From assembly GCA_947306475.1 (NCBI GenBank), contig CAMZGS010000007.1, forward strand, positions 26,598 to 90,597: a DNA stretch of 64,000 nt, in the 5' to 3' direction. Positions 20,330-29,027 of the stretch are shown here, one piece after another. A model generated the notes under the pieces. The model was not told the DNA's origin, ran no database searches, and saw nothing but the letters and a program-made list of their open reading frames with translations. Source of the DNA: an uncultured Comamonas sp. Lineage in GTDB: Bacteria; Pseudomonadota; Gammaproteobacteria; Burkholderiales; Burkholderiaceae_C. The position numbers and the translations under genes were made by a program. Numbering within the stretch: position 1 is the stretch's first letter; each line of letters starts with the position of its first letter.

Positions 20330-20432
20330 ACCCGCAGCATAAGCGCTGCGGGACTTTGCCCAGCCCTGGCATGCAGGCGTGGCACACTTGAACCCCGACG
20401 CCTGCCCCCGCAGGTCGTGAGCGAGTTTTTCC

Positions 20433-21128
20433 ATGGATTTTGTTTTCCCCCCCGCCCCGACGCCCAGCCTGGCCATCGTGGGACACACCCAGCGCTTCCC
20501 CATCCACCGCATTTACTGCGTCGGCCGCAACTACGCCGAACACGCCCAGGAGATGGGCTTCACTGGCCGCGAAGCCCCCTTCTTCTTCCTCAAGCCCGCC
20601 GATGCTGCACTGCCCGCCACTGCCGATGGCGCCGTGGACATGCCCTACCCCAGCCTGACGCAGGATCTGCACCATGAGGTCGAGCTGGTTGTCGCCCTGG
20701 GCCGTGGTGGCCGCGATATTGCCGTTGCTGATGCGCTGCAACACATCTGGGGCTACGCCGTGGGCCTGGACATGACGCGCCGCGACCTGCAGGCGCAGCT
20801 CAAAAAACAGGGCCGCCCCTGGTGCATTGCCAAGGGCTTTGAGGCCAGCGCCCCCATCGGCGCCCTCACCCCTGCGGCACAGGCCGGTGCCATCGAGCAG
20901 GCCGACATCCACCTGCAGGTCAATGGCGAGCTGCGCCAGAGCGGCAACACGCGCGATCTGATCTGGAAGATTGCCGAAGTCATTGCCCACCTCTCGCAAG
21001 CGTGGGAGCTGCAGGCGGGCGACCTCATCATGACCGGCACCCCCGCCGGGGTGGGTGCCGTGCAGCGCGGTGACCAGTTGCAGGCGCAGGTGGCAGGTCT
21101 GGCGCCGCTGCAGGTGCGTGTGCTCTAG
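20433..21128 (+). CDS. fumarylacetoacetate hydrolase (FAH) family protein
   Basis: 231 aa. IYCVGRNYAEHAQEMG...PFFFLKP and ...GDLIMTGTPAGVG are typical FAH-family motifs. Confidence 0.88.
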   Translation: MDFVFPPAPTPSLAIVGHTQRFPIHRIYCVGRNYAEHAQEMGFTGREAPFFFLKPADAALPATADGAVDMPYPSLTQDLHHEVELVVALGRGGRDIAVADALQHIWGYAVGLDMTRRDLQAQLKKQGRPWCIAKGFEASAPIGALTPAAQAGAIEQADIHLQVNGELRQSGNTRDLIWKIAEVIAHLSQAWELQAGDLIMTGTPAGVGAVQRGDQLQAQVAGLAPLQVRVL

Positions 21129-21147
21129 CGCGAAGGCAGGTAGCGCC

Positions 21148-21690
21148 ATGTACACCCCTTCGGCCATTGATTTCTGCAGCCGCTGCGGCCACCGCACCCA
21201 TCTGGCCCTGCCCGATGATGGCGACACGCGCCAGCGCGCCATCTGCACGCATTGCGGCTTCATCCACTACCAGAACCCGCTCAACGTGGTGGGCACCATC
21301 CCTGTGGCCGACGATGGCCGCATCCTGCTGTGCAAACGCAACATCGAACCGCGCTGGGGTACGTGGACCCTGCCTGCCGGCTTCATGGAACTCAACGAAA
21401 CCCTGGAGGAAGGCGCCGCCCGCGAAACCGATGAGGAAGCCGGCGCCGACATTGAAATGGGGCGGCTGTTTTCCATCATCAGCGTGCCGCACGTGGGCCA
21501 GGTACACATCTACTTCTGCGCACGCCTGCGCAGCCTGGAGTTTGCCCCTGGCATCGAAACCATCGAAGCGCGCCTGTTTGCACCCGATGAAATCCCGTGG
21601 GAGACGCTCTCGTTTCGCACCGTGGCGCTGACGCTGCGCCGCTTTCTGGCCGATCCGCACAGCACGCAGGTGCATTGCCTGAGCCTGTAG
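21148..21690 (+). CDS. NUDIX hydrolase with N-terminal zinc-ribbon
   Basis: CSRCG...CTHCG zinc ribbon, then the Nudix box GFMELNETLEEGAARETDEEAG. ATG 21148 chosen because the track ORF start overlaps the FAH gene. Confidence 0.85.
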   Translation: MYTPSAIDFCSRCGHRTHLALPDDGDTRQRAICTHCGFIHYQNPLNVVGTIPVADDGRILLCKRNIEPRWGTWTLPAGFMELNETLEEGAARETDEEAGADIEMGRLFSIISVPHVGQVHIYFCARLRSLEFAPGIETIEARLFAPDEIPWETLSFRTVALTLRRFLADPHSTQVHCLSL

Positions 21691-21713
21691 CCAACCCTTG
21701 TTCTTGCCCGCGT

Positions 21714-22181
21714 ATGACCACTTTTCCCTTTCAAGCACTGCGCCGCACCTTCTGCCTGCTGGCCCTGGCCGCAGCCAGCCTGCCTGCCCTGGCGCAAAAC
21801 ATGCCTCAGATGGACCTGCCGCGCGTGGAGCTGCGCGCCGGGATGTTCCGCATCGATGCCCAGGTGGCCAGCCGCCCGGTGGAGCGCCAGATCGGCCTGA
21901 TGCACCGCCAGAGCATGCCTGCGCACGAAGGCATGCTGTTTGTCTTTGAGCGCCCGGCCGTGCAGTGCTTCTGGATGAAGAACACGCTGCTGCCGCTCAC
22001 GGCCGCCTTTGTCGCCGACGATGGCCGCATCACCAACCTGGCCGACATGCAGCCGCTGGATGAAACATCGCACTGCTCCAGCGAGCCGGTGCGCTTTGTG
22101 CTGGAGATGAACCAGGGCTGGTTTGCGCAAAAGGGCATCCGCGCTGGCCAGCGCCTGACGGGGCCAGTGTTCCAGCCCTGA
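21714..22181 (+). CDS. DUF192-family secreted protein
   Basis: Signal peptide MTTFPFQALRRTFCLLALAAASLPALA, then RQIGLMHR..M....GMLFVF......FWMKNT..PL..AF and LEMNQGW, characteristic of DUF192 as I recall it. Confidence 0.75.
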   Translation: MTTFPFQALRRTFCLLALAAASLPALAQNMPQMDLPRVELRAGMFRIDAQVASRPVERQIGLMHRQSMPAHEGMLFVFERPAVQCFWMKNTLLPLTAAFVADDGRITNLADMQPLDETSHCSSEPVRFVLEMNQGWFAQKGIRAGQRLTGPVFQP

Positions 22182-22200
22182 AGCCCAGCGCTAAAACTTA

Positions 22201-22291
22201 AAAAATATAGCTGCTACCGCTATTGCAACCTAAGTTTCAAGGTGTTTTATCCCTGAAACCAAGGTGCAGCAAGCGGTAGCAGCTATTTTTT
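22201..22291. repeat. full-length REP-like long hairpin (archetype of the window's repeat family)
   Basis: ATAGCTGCTACCGCT (22207-22221) pairs perfectly with AGCGGTAGCAGCTAT (22272-22286). There is an inner imperfect stem GTTTCAAGG/CCCTGAAAC, and the element is flanked by AAAAA and TTTTTT. It lies between DUF192 (+) and the TonB receptor (-). Confidence 0.7.
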
Positions 22292-22373
22292 CCTTGGAGT
22301 TTATGACGGGTCGGCACAGGTGCAATCTTCCTGTACCGGCCCGGTTGCGCGCATCAGCGCGCGTTGGCAGCGC

Positions 22374-24485
22374 TTAGAACTCGGCGCGCAGCCCCAGCGT
22401 CAGGTTGCGGCCCTTGAGCGGTGCGGCGTGCTTGATAAAGGACGTGTGCGCCAAGCCCAGGCGGTTGGTCAGGTTCTCGCCCTTGACATAGAACTGCCAC
22501 GGCGTGCCGTCGATGGCCTTGTACACGCTCAGATTGAGCATGCCGTAGCCGCCAGTGCGCGACTCATACGCGGCAATGCGGTTTTGGCGCAGGGTCTGCG
22601 TCCATTCAGCCTGCCCTTCCCAGCCTTGCCAGCTGGCGTCCAGGCGCACACCCACGCGCGCAGCGGGAATGCGTGGCAGCGGCCCGCCCGCGTGGGCCAG
22701 CTTGGCACGCACCACATCGCCCCACAGGCTGACGCCCAAGTGGCGGCCAAGCTGCTGGCGCACCTGCGCTTCCATGCCGGTAAAGCGCGCATCGCGCTGG
22801 CTGTATTGCAGCAGCTGCAAGCCGTTGTCGTGGTCGACATCCAGCGTCTGGCCGTAGATATAGCCCTTGATGCGGTAGTGATAGGCCTGCAGCTTCCACG
22901 TCGTGGCACCACTGGTCTTGCCCAGGCCCAGCTCCAGCGCCTGGCTGGTTTCTTTTTTCAGCTGCTGGTTGCCCAGCTCGTAAGTGCCGGTGGCCATGTG
23001 GATGCCCTTGGCGTACAGCTCTTCGGCGGTGGGCATGCGCTGGGCGCGGCTAAGCGACGCGCTGGCCTGGTAGCCAGGCACAAAGCGCCACACCGCGCCC
23101 ACCGAGGCCGAGGTGCCGTGGTGCTTGCGCTCGTCATCGAGCTCCTGCGCACGCACGCGCTGGCGGTCGTGGCGCAGTGCGGCTTGGAAGCGCCAGTCGC
23201 CCACGGCGTACTCTTCCAGCGCAAACAGGCTCAGGCGGCGCGTGTCGGTGGGCTTGACGTAGGCCTCGGCGCCATCGGCGCTAAAGCGCCGCTGCCCGGT
23301 GCTGATGCCCCACACGCCGCGCCAACCAGCCAGCGGGGCGTGTTGCAGCTCCAGGCGCAGGTCGTGCGCGCGGTTGCGGAAGCTGGTCGAGACCTCATCG
23401 CCCTCGATCTCATCGTGGCCATAGCGGGTGTGGCTGGCGTTCAGGCGCAGCGCCTCCACCCCTTGCCAGGGCGCGCGCCATTCGCCGCGCACATCCCAGC
23501 GGTGGCTGGTCATATCGACGTTGGGCACGCCATGGTCGTGATCGTGGTCATGGCCGTCGTGGTCATCGTGATCGTCGTGGCCATGATCGCCATGCGAGCC
23601 GCAATGCAGATGCAGGCCGTGCAGATGGCAGCCTTCAAAGTCGTGCGAGTGGCCGGGCAGTCCGTACTGCGCCTGCTGGCGCGTGTAAGCCACGCCCAGG
23701 TAGCCATCACGGCCGATCCACGACAGGCCGATGCTGCCGGTGTCGCCATCGTTGAAGCTGCCAGCCACGCGGCGCCCAGCGTCCCAGCCAGAGCCGACGC
23801 GGTAGTCGCCTGCGCGGCGGCTGGCGCCTTCAACGCGCACGGCCAGCGGGCCTTGGCCAGCGGTCAGTCCAAAGACACCGGCGCGCTCCCGCGCAGCGCT
23901 GCTCCAGCGCACTTCGGCAGCGCCTTCCACGCCATTGCCGGGCACGGCGGTGGGGATCTTGCGGTCCACCACGTTGACTACGCCGCCCACGGCGCCGCCA
24001 TGCACCAGGGCAGCAGGGCCGCGCAGCACTTCGACCTTGTCGGCCAGCAGTGGCTCGGTGACCACGGCGTGGTCGGGGCTGACGGTGGAGGCATCGTGCA
24101 GCTCCATGCCATTGGCCAGCACACCCACGCGTGGGCCATCCATGCCGCGAATGACGGGGCGGGAGGCTCCGGCGCCAAAGTGCGTGGCCTGGATGCCGGG
24201 TTCACCGGTCAGGCTTTCGCCCAGGGTGGCGGCGCGGCGCAGGCGCCAGGTTTCTTCTTCCAGCACGCTCACCGGGGCGGCCATGTCGGCCGCGCCCATG
24301 GGCAGGCCGGTGACGGTGACTTCGGCCAGCGTGGCGGGGGCGGGGTCCTGGGCGGCTACCGGTTGCGATGGTTCTTGCGCCTGGGCAGGTGCCAGCGCGC
24401 ACAGCAACGCAGCCAGCGCCACGGGCTGCATCTTCAGGGAACGGGAAACAGAGCGGGAAATGGATCGGGAAATAACGGGTTGCAT
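22374..24485 (-). CDS. TonB-dependent outer-membrane receptor with a His/Asp-rich loop (ZnuD-like metal receptor candidate)
   Basis: Plug region (TVTGLP, EVLRGPAAL.HG.GA.GGVVNV) and barrel ending in ...LGLRAEF. A His-rich insert HSHDFEGCHLHGLHLHCGSHGDHGHDDHDDHDGHDHDHDH is encoded at 23529-23652. Start ATG 24485 has GGAG 8 nt upstream; the alternative ATG is 24431. Confidence 0.88.
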   Translation of the reverse strand: MQPVISRSISRSVSRSLKMQPVALAALLCALAPAQAQEPSQPVAAQDPAPATLAEVTVTGLPMGAADMAAPVSVLEEETWRLRRAATLGESLTGEPGIQATHFGAGASRPVIRGMDGPRVGVLANGMELHDASTVSPDHAVVTEPLLADKVEVLRGPAALVHGGAVGGVVNVVDRKIPTAVPGNGVEGAAEVRWSSAARERAGVFGLTAGQGPLAVRVEGASRRAGDYRVGSGWDAGRRVAGSFNDGDTGSIGLSWIGRDGYLGVAYTRQQAQYGLPGHSHDFEGCHLHGLHLHCGSHGDHGHDDHDDHDGHDHDHDHGVPNVDMTSHRWDVRGEWRAPWQGVEALRLNASHTRYGHDEIEGDEVSTSFRNRAHDLRLELQHAPLAGWRGVWGISTGQRRFSADGAEAYVKPTDTRRLSLFALEEYAVGDWRFQAALRHDRQRVRAQELDDERKHHGTSASVGAVWRFVPGYQASASLSRAQRMPTAEELYAKGIHMATGTYELGNQQLKKETSQALELGLGKTSGATTWKLQAYHYRIKGYIYGQTLDVDHDNGLQLLQYSQRDARFTGMEAQVRQQLGRHLGVSLWGDVVRAKLAHAGGPLPRIPAARVGVRLDASWQGWEGQAEWTQTLRQNRIAAYESRTGGYGMLNLSVYKAIDGTPWQFYVKGENLTNRLGLAHTSFIKHAAPLKGRNLTLGLRAEF

Positions 24486-24573
24486 GTCTGCATCTCCAAT
24501 GCGCACGGCGCAGCCCCGCACACAGGCATGCGGACGCCTGTCTGCGGCGCTAGGCCATTCGCAAACAAACTGG

Positions 24574-24617
24574 GCGCAAACGCTTGTCCAGCAAGCGCCT
24601 GCAGCTATCTTTCAAGG
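24574..24617. repeat. REP-like element, half copy
   Basis: GCGCAAACGCTTGTCCAGCAAGCGCCTGCAGCTATCTTTCAAGG lies between the DUF2946-like gene and the TonB receptor. Confidence 0.6.
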
Positions 24618-24645
24618 AATAAAAGCGAGGAGAGAGTGGTCGTTG

Positions 24646-25056
24646 TCAGACCATGCAACCGGCAGGCGGTGCGCGCGCGTGAAAGGGCCTGGGTGCGGCT
24701 GCGCTGGCCGCAGGGCTGGGGTGCCAGGCCGGGATGGCCTCTGGTGCGGGAGCAGCCCCCTGCCAGACAAAGGGCTGCAGGTCGTGGCCGTGGCCCAGTT
24801 GCTCCAGCTCCCAGCAGTCGAGCACGGCATGGTGCTGGAACAGGGAGAGCAGCTTGCCGGATGCCGCCTCTGCAGTCCCCGACGTATCTGCAGCCAGGTG
24901 CGGCGCCAGCAGCAATGCGCTGGGCGGCAGGTGCAGCACCCCGTGCATGCGCCCCAGCGTCGGCGCCAGTACCACAAGCAGCGCCAGCCAGCAGGCCAGC
25001 GCACGGGCGCGCCAGCCAGCATGGGCAGTCAGGGTACGGGCCGGAGGAAAACGCAT
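24646..25056 (-). CDS. small membrane-anchored His/Cys-containing protein, DUF2946-like (tentative)
   Basis: MRFPPARTLTAHAGWRARALACWLALLVVLAPTLGRMHGVLH has an N-terminal TM with an LAP motif reminiscent of DUF2946. Later come HH..LDCWELEQLGHGH. Use of CTG, GCC and other G/C-ending codons supports this frame over the two other open frames on the same strand. No SD seen and the start is uncertain. Confidence 0.45.
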   Translation of the reverse strand: MRFPPARTLTAHAGWRARALACWLALLVVLAPTLGRMHGVLHLPPSALLLAPHLAADTSGTAEAASGKLLSLFQHHAVLDCWELEQLGHGHDLQPFVWQGAAPAPEAIPAWHPSPAASAAAPRPFHARAPPAGCMV

Positions 25057-25150
25057 GGAGCAAGGACACCAGGCCGCCGAGGCACCCAGGCGCCACGGCG
25101 ACCGCCACACAAGGTGGCAAAAAAGTCATCAGGGGAAACGTGTAATTGTG

Positions 25151-26596
25151 TCACGCTTCGGGCATCACCATTTCGACCCAGTCGTACAGGGCGCCCAGAA
25201 TTTCCTCGCCGGCCTCGTCCACGGTTTCGGACAACTCGTCGATCAACACCGACAGCTGCTCGGCCGTGCGCGCTCCGCCCTGGCCGTGCAGCAGCACCCG
25301 GGCGCAATGCTCGCGCCAGCGCTGCTGCTCTTCGGGGCGCAGGCTCTCGGGCCAGTTGCGCGCGCGCCAGCGAAACACCAGCTCCGGCAGACGCGGATCG
25401 TCAAAGCCGGTGTTGTCCACGGCCAGCTCCTGCGGCAGCAGCTCGCGCAGCTGTTGCAGGCGGCGCCGGTCCTGCGGGCCGACAAAGCCGCCGTAGAGGT
25501 TTTGCTCCACATCCACCGGATCCATGCTTTCCTGCGGTGCGTACACCTGGCGCCACAGCGCGCTCATGTCGGGCAGGTCGCGGGCAATCAGAGCGTGCTG
25601 CACACAGGCCTGCATGTCCAGCCCCCAACGCTGCGCCATCTGCGGCGTGAGGGTCTTGAGGTTGCGTACCACCATCGGCGATTTGTTGAGGTGAATGCTC
25701 TTGATGGGCAGGCGCGTGACGCCTTCGGGCAGGTCGGCTGCGCGCGTGAACAGGCGCAGGCGCAGCGCCTCGGCATCCAGCGTGGCCAGCTCGCTGGGGT
25801 TGGCGCGCAGATCCCAGGCGATGATCTCGTTCTTGTTGGTGGGGTGCTGGGCCAGCGGCCACATCACGGTGATGCAGCCACGCTCGGCTGGAATCATGCC
25901 GCTGACGTGCAGGAAGGGGCGCGCCTGCGCTGCCGTGGCAGGCAACCCCAGCTCCTCCAGCACCCGATCCTTTTTGTGCAGCCCCAGGGCAAAGTCGAAC
26001 AGCTTGGGCTGCAACTGGCGCATCAGGCGCGCCAGGGCGATGGTGGCCTGCACGTCGCTCAGGGCATCGTGCGCCTTTTCGTGCCACAGGCCGTTGACGC
26101 GGGCCAGGTCTTCCAGCTTGAAGGAGACGCTGCCATCCTCCTTCTTCGGCCACTGCATGCCCTCGGGACGCAGCGCGTACATCATGCGCACCACGTCCAG
26201 AATGTCCCAGCGGCCACAGCCGTTCTGCCACTCGCGCGCGTAGGGGTCGATCAGGTTGCGCCAGAACAGGTGGCGCGTGACTTCATCGTCAAAGCGGATG
26301 GTATTGAAGCCCACGCCAATCGTGCCCGGCTGGCTGAAGGCCTGCTCGATCTTGCGCGCAAAGGCATCCTCGCTGACGCCTTCGGCCAGGCACTGCTGAG
26401 GCGTTATGCCGGTGATCAGGCAAGCCTCGGGGCTGGGCAGGTAGTCCGGCGATGGCTTGCAGTACAGCACCAGTGGCTCGCCAATCTGGCGCAGCTGCAT
26501 GTCGGTGCGCACAGCGGCAAATTGTGCGGGGCGGTCGTAGCGGGGATTGGCACCAAAAGTCTCGTAGTCGTGCCACAGAAAGGTGGGTTCAGGCAT
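25151..26596 (-). CDS. sbcB: exodeoxyribonuclease I
   Basis: PTFLWHDYETFGANPRYDRPAQFAAVRTD (DnaQ-like exo I motif), HDALSDV (exo III motif) and SH3-like/helical C-terminal domains. Start set at ATG 26596. Confidence 0.92.
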   Translation of the reverse strand: MPEPTFLWHDYETFGANPRYDRPAQFAAVRTDMQLRQIGEPLVLYCKPSPDYLPSPEACLITGITPQQCLAEGVSEDAFARKIEQAFSQPGTIGVGFNTIRFDDEVTRHLFWRNLIDPYAREWQNGCGRWDILDVVRMMYALRPEGMQWPKKEDGSVSFKLEDLARVNGLWHEKAHDALSDVQATIALARLMRQLQPKLFDFALGLHKKDRVLEELGLPATAAQARPFLHVSGMIPAERGCITVMWPLAQHPTNKNEIIAWDLRANPSELATLDAEALRLRLFTRAADLPEGVTRLPIKSIHLNKSPMVVRNLKTLTPQMAQRWGLDMQACVQHALIARDLPDMSALWRQVYAPQESMDPVDVEQNLYGGFVGPQDRRRLQQLRELLPQELAVDNTGFDDPRLPELVFRWRARNWPESLRPEEQQRWREHCARVLLHGQGGARTAEQLSVLIDELSETVDEAGEEILGALYDWVEMVMPEA

Positions 26597-26683
26597 GGGG
26601 CGCAAGTATGCCTGCTGCGCACCGGTTTCGGTGCGTGTTCTGTCCACACAGCACCACGCCCCACCTGCTGCAACGTGACGCGC

Positions 26684-28162
26684 TCAGAGCAAGGGCGAAA
26701 ACAACCGCGCCACGGCTTCGGCAAGGCGGTGCAGGAAGGGCTTGGCGCGGCCATAGGCCACCGGGCGGGCGTGCAGCAGGTCCTGCTCGAACTGCTGGGC
26801 CAGTTGCTGGGTGAACAGGACGTTGTACACCAGGGCGCAGACCTCGTAGTTCAGGCGAAAGCTGCGGTTGTCGAAGTTGGCCGTGCCGACCATGCCCAGC
26901 ATGTCGTCCACCACCATGGTCTTGGCATGCAGCATGCGGCCCTGGTATTCAAAGACCTTCACGCCGCACTCCAGCAGTTCGTCGAAATAGGAGCGCGCAG
27001 CGGCCGTCACCAGCAGCGAATCGCAGTGCCGGGGCACCAGCACGCGCACGTCCACCCCGCGCAGGGCAGCATTGGTCAGCGCCAGCATGGCTGCCTCGGT
27101 CGGCACAAAGTACGGCGTGGCCAGCCACAGCCGTTGCTGCGCTACGTGGATGGCCGAGACCAGCACGCGGTGGATCGCCTCCAGCGAGCTGTCGGGGCCG
27201 GAGGCCATGATCTGCGCCACGTAAGAGCCGTTGTGCTGCACCGGCAGCAGATACTCGAAGTCGTCGGGCAGGCTGTGGTGGCGGTAGTCCAGCGCGTAGG
27301 CCCAGTCCTCCAGGAACAGATGCTGCAGCCAGCCCACCACCGGGCCTTGCAGCTGGATGTGGATATCGTGGTAGGCCCTGGGGTTCTGACGCTTGTCCTC
27401 CTGGTCGGTGATGTTCACGCCGCCGGTAAAGCCCAGCACGCCATCGACCACGACGATCTTGCGGTGGGTGCGAAAGTTGATCACCGGGCGCATGCGCCGC
27501 CCCAGGCCCAGCCTGGGGGGGTGAAACAGCGCCACTTCGCCCCCGGCATCCAGCAACGCCTGGTAGTGGCGCCGGCCCAGGCGCTTGGAGCCCAGGGCAT
27601 CGACCAGCAGCCGCACCTGCACGCCAGCGGCAGCACGCTCGGTCAACGCCGCCAGCAGGCGCTGGCCGGTGGTATCGGGCTCGAAGATGTAGTACTCCAG
27701 ATGCACGTGGTGCTGCGCCCGGGAGACGGCGCGCACGATGGCATCCAGCGTATCGGCCCCGCCGACCAGCAGCTCCACACGCTGCGCCGTGGACAGCGGC
27801 AGCGACGCCGCACTTGCCAGCCGGACCAGTTGCTGCAACTGCGGCGGCGCCTGGGGGACCTTGTCGCGCAACCGCGCCATGCTGCGGCGCATGCGCCACT
27901 TGCGGCGGCTGCGCAGGCGCTTGAGGCGCTGGCGCTGGAAGCGCCGGGGCCCAAAGATGAAATACACCAGCAGGCCCACCACCGGCAGCGCCATCATGGC
28001 CAGCAGCCAGCTGAGCGTGGCCAGGGGCGCACGCCGCTCCAGCAGAATCCACACGGCCACCAGCAACCCGTAGGCCGTCCAGATCAGGGACAGCACCAGG
28101 GTCACGTGACCATCCAGCAGCCATGTCTGCCACGCCTGCCACAGTGCCTGTGCGGTATCCAT
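26684..28162 (-). CDS. cls: cardiolipin synthase (ClsA type)
   Basis: Two N-terminal TM helices, two HKD motifs (RTHRKIVVVDG and MLHAKTMVVDD) and a C-terminus ...RLFSPLL like E. coli ClsA. Start is ambiguous (ATG 28162 or GTG 28177). Confidence 0.9.
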   Translation of the reverse strand: MDTAQALWQAWQTWLLDGHVTLVLSLIWTAYGLLVAVWILLERRAPLATLSWLLAMMALPVVGLLVYFIFGPRRFQRQRLKRLRSRRKWRMRRSMARLRDKVPQAPPQLQQLVRLASAASLPLSTAQRVELLVGGADTLDAIVRAVSRAQHHVHLEYYIFEPDTTGQRLLAALTERAAAGVQVRLLVDALGSKRLGRRHYQALLDAGGEVALFHPPRLGLGRRMRPVINFRTHRKIVVVDGVLGFTGGVNITDQEDKRQNPRAYHDIHIQLQGPVVGWLQHLFLEDWAYALDYRHHSLPDDFEYLLPVQHNGSYVAQIMASGPDSSLEAIHRVLVSAIHVAQQRLWLATPYFVPTEAAMLALTNAALRGVDVRVLVPRHCDSLLVTAAARSYFDELLECGVKVFEYQGRMLHAKTMVVDDMLGMVGTANFDNRSFRLNYEVCALVYNVLFTQQLAQQFEQDLLHARPVAYGRAKPFLHRLAEAVARLFSPLL

Positions 28163-28208
28163 CGGGATGGTCAGCACCCGTCAGGGTTGCATGCCGTGCG
28201 CATGGGGA

Positions 28209-29027
28209 TCAATCCAGCGTGCGACGCAGGAAATCCCGGGCCGCCGCCAGCACCTGTGCGGTCTGCTCACGGTGCGGGTGGTGGGCGCAATCGAGCAGCA
28301 GCACCTCGCCACGCGCCACCCCTGTAGCAATGCGCTGGGCAAATTCCGTGCTGCCGTACTCATCGCGCCGGCCGTGGATGGCCAGCACCGGGCAGGTCAC
28401 ACGCGGCAGCACGTTGTCGAGCGACCAACCGGCAAAGTCCGGGTGCAGCCACACATCCGTCCAGGCACGAAAGACCCAGTCCATGCGCTCGCCATGCCAC
28501 TTTTGCAGGCGTGCCCACTGCTGGGCGTCGGCAAAAAACCGCTGCGCCGCCCGTATGCCCTCCAGCGTACGCGGCTGCACCCAGGCCTGGGCCGACAGCG
28601 ACAGCACCGCCTGGCACTGTGCGGGATGGGTGGCGGCAATCTGCAATGCCATCACCCCACCCACGCTGTGCCCCAGCAGGGCATAGCGCGGCAAGCCCAG
28701 AGCGGCCATCAGGGCCGGAAAGTGCTGCTGTGCCTCCTGCTCGATGAATTGCAGACTGGGCGCATCGCTGCGCACACTGGAGCGGCCAAAGCCCAGGCGG
28801 TCGTAGGCCAGCACTTCACGCCCCGTGGCCTGAGCCAGCCGGACTGGAAAATCGCGCCACTGCCCGACCGAGCCCAGCGACTCGTGCAGCAGCACGATGG
28901 GGCATGCGGCGCTGCCCTGCGGCGCTGCCTCAGGCTGCCAGCGCTGCACAAACACCTGCCCGGCCGGCAACGCCACCAGGGTCGATGCGGTGCGCAAGGC
29001 GGGTGCGTTGTCGGTCACTGCGTCCAT
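28209..29027 (-). CDS. alpha/beta-fold hydrolase
   Basis: PIVLLHESLGS, nucleophile elbow GHSVGG and a C-terminal His (CAHHPH). The strong SD GGAGGAGGG lies inside the 3' end of the upstream gene. ATG 29027 overlaps that gene by 13 nt. Confidence 0.8.
   Translation of the reverse strand: MDAVTDNAPALRTASTLVALPAGQVFVQRWQPEAAPQGSAACPIVLLHESLGSVGQWRDFPVRLAQATGREVLAYDRLGFGRSSVRSDAPSLQFIEQEAQQHFPALMAALGLPRYALLGHSVGGVMALQIAATHPAQCQAVLSLSAQAWVQPRTLEGIRAAQRFFADAQQWARLQKWHGERMDWVFRAWTDVWLHPDFAGWSLDNVLPRVTCPVLAIHGRRDEYGSTEFAQRIATGVARGEVLLLDCAHHPHREQTAQVLAAARDFLRRTLD

Noticed and set aside
20330-20512. Longer pgeF N-terminus. This includes an ATG at 20434 whose codon overlaps the FAH-family ATG (20433) on the opposite strand within a CCATGG palindrome.
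   Set aside because: It would leave no promoter space for two divergent genes. It would also add 35-61 residues not found before the conserved LIPRWP N-terminus of YfiH/PgeF proteins. ATG 20329 is preferred.
23529-23652. Repetitive GTGATCGTGGTCATGGCC-type DNA, and the many REP copies, considered as a possible CRISPR or VNTR array.
   Set aside because: The first is in-frame His/Asp codon repetition inside the receptor gene. The REP copies are dispersed singly in different intergenic regions, with no regular repeat-spacer periodicity and no cas genes.
22320-25145. 941-aa plus-strand ORF.
   Set aside because: It is antisense to the TonB-dependent receptor and the DUF2946-like gene. It has no domain signatures, whereas the opposite strand carries a plug, a barrel and a terminal Phe.
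26650-26661. CTGT...ACAG-like sequence (CTGTCCACACAG) upstream of sbcB, considered as a possible LexA box. The regions upstream of the YoaA/DinG-type helicase and dnaE were also inspected.
   Set aside because: The spacer is 4 nt, not 8. No CTGT-N8-ACAG was found by eye upstream of sbcB, the helicase or dnaE, so no SOS regulation is claimed for them.
24734-28327. 1197-aa plus-strand ORF.
   Set aside because: It is antisense to sbcB and cls, both of which have clear catalytic motifs. The composition is R/A/G/Q/H-rich and featureless, a GC artefact.
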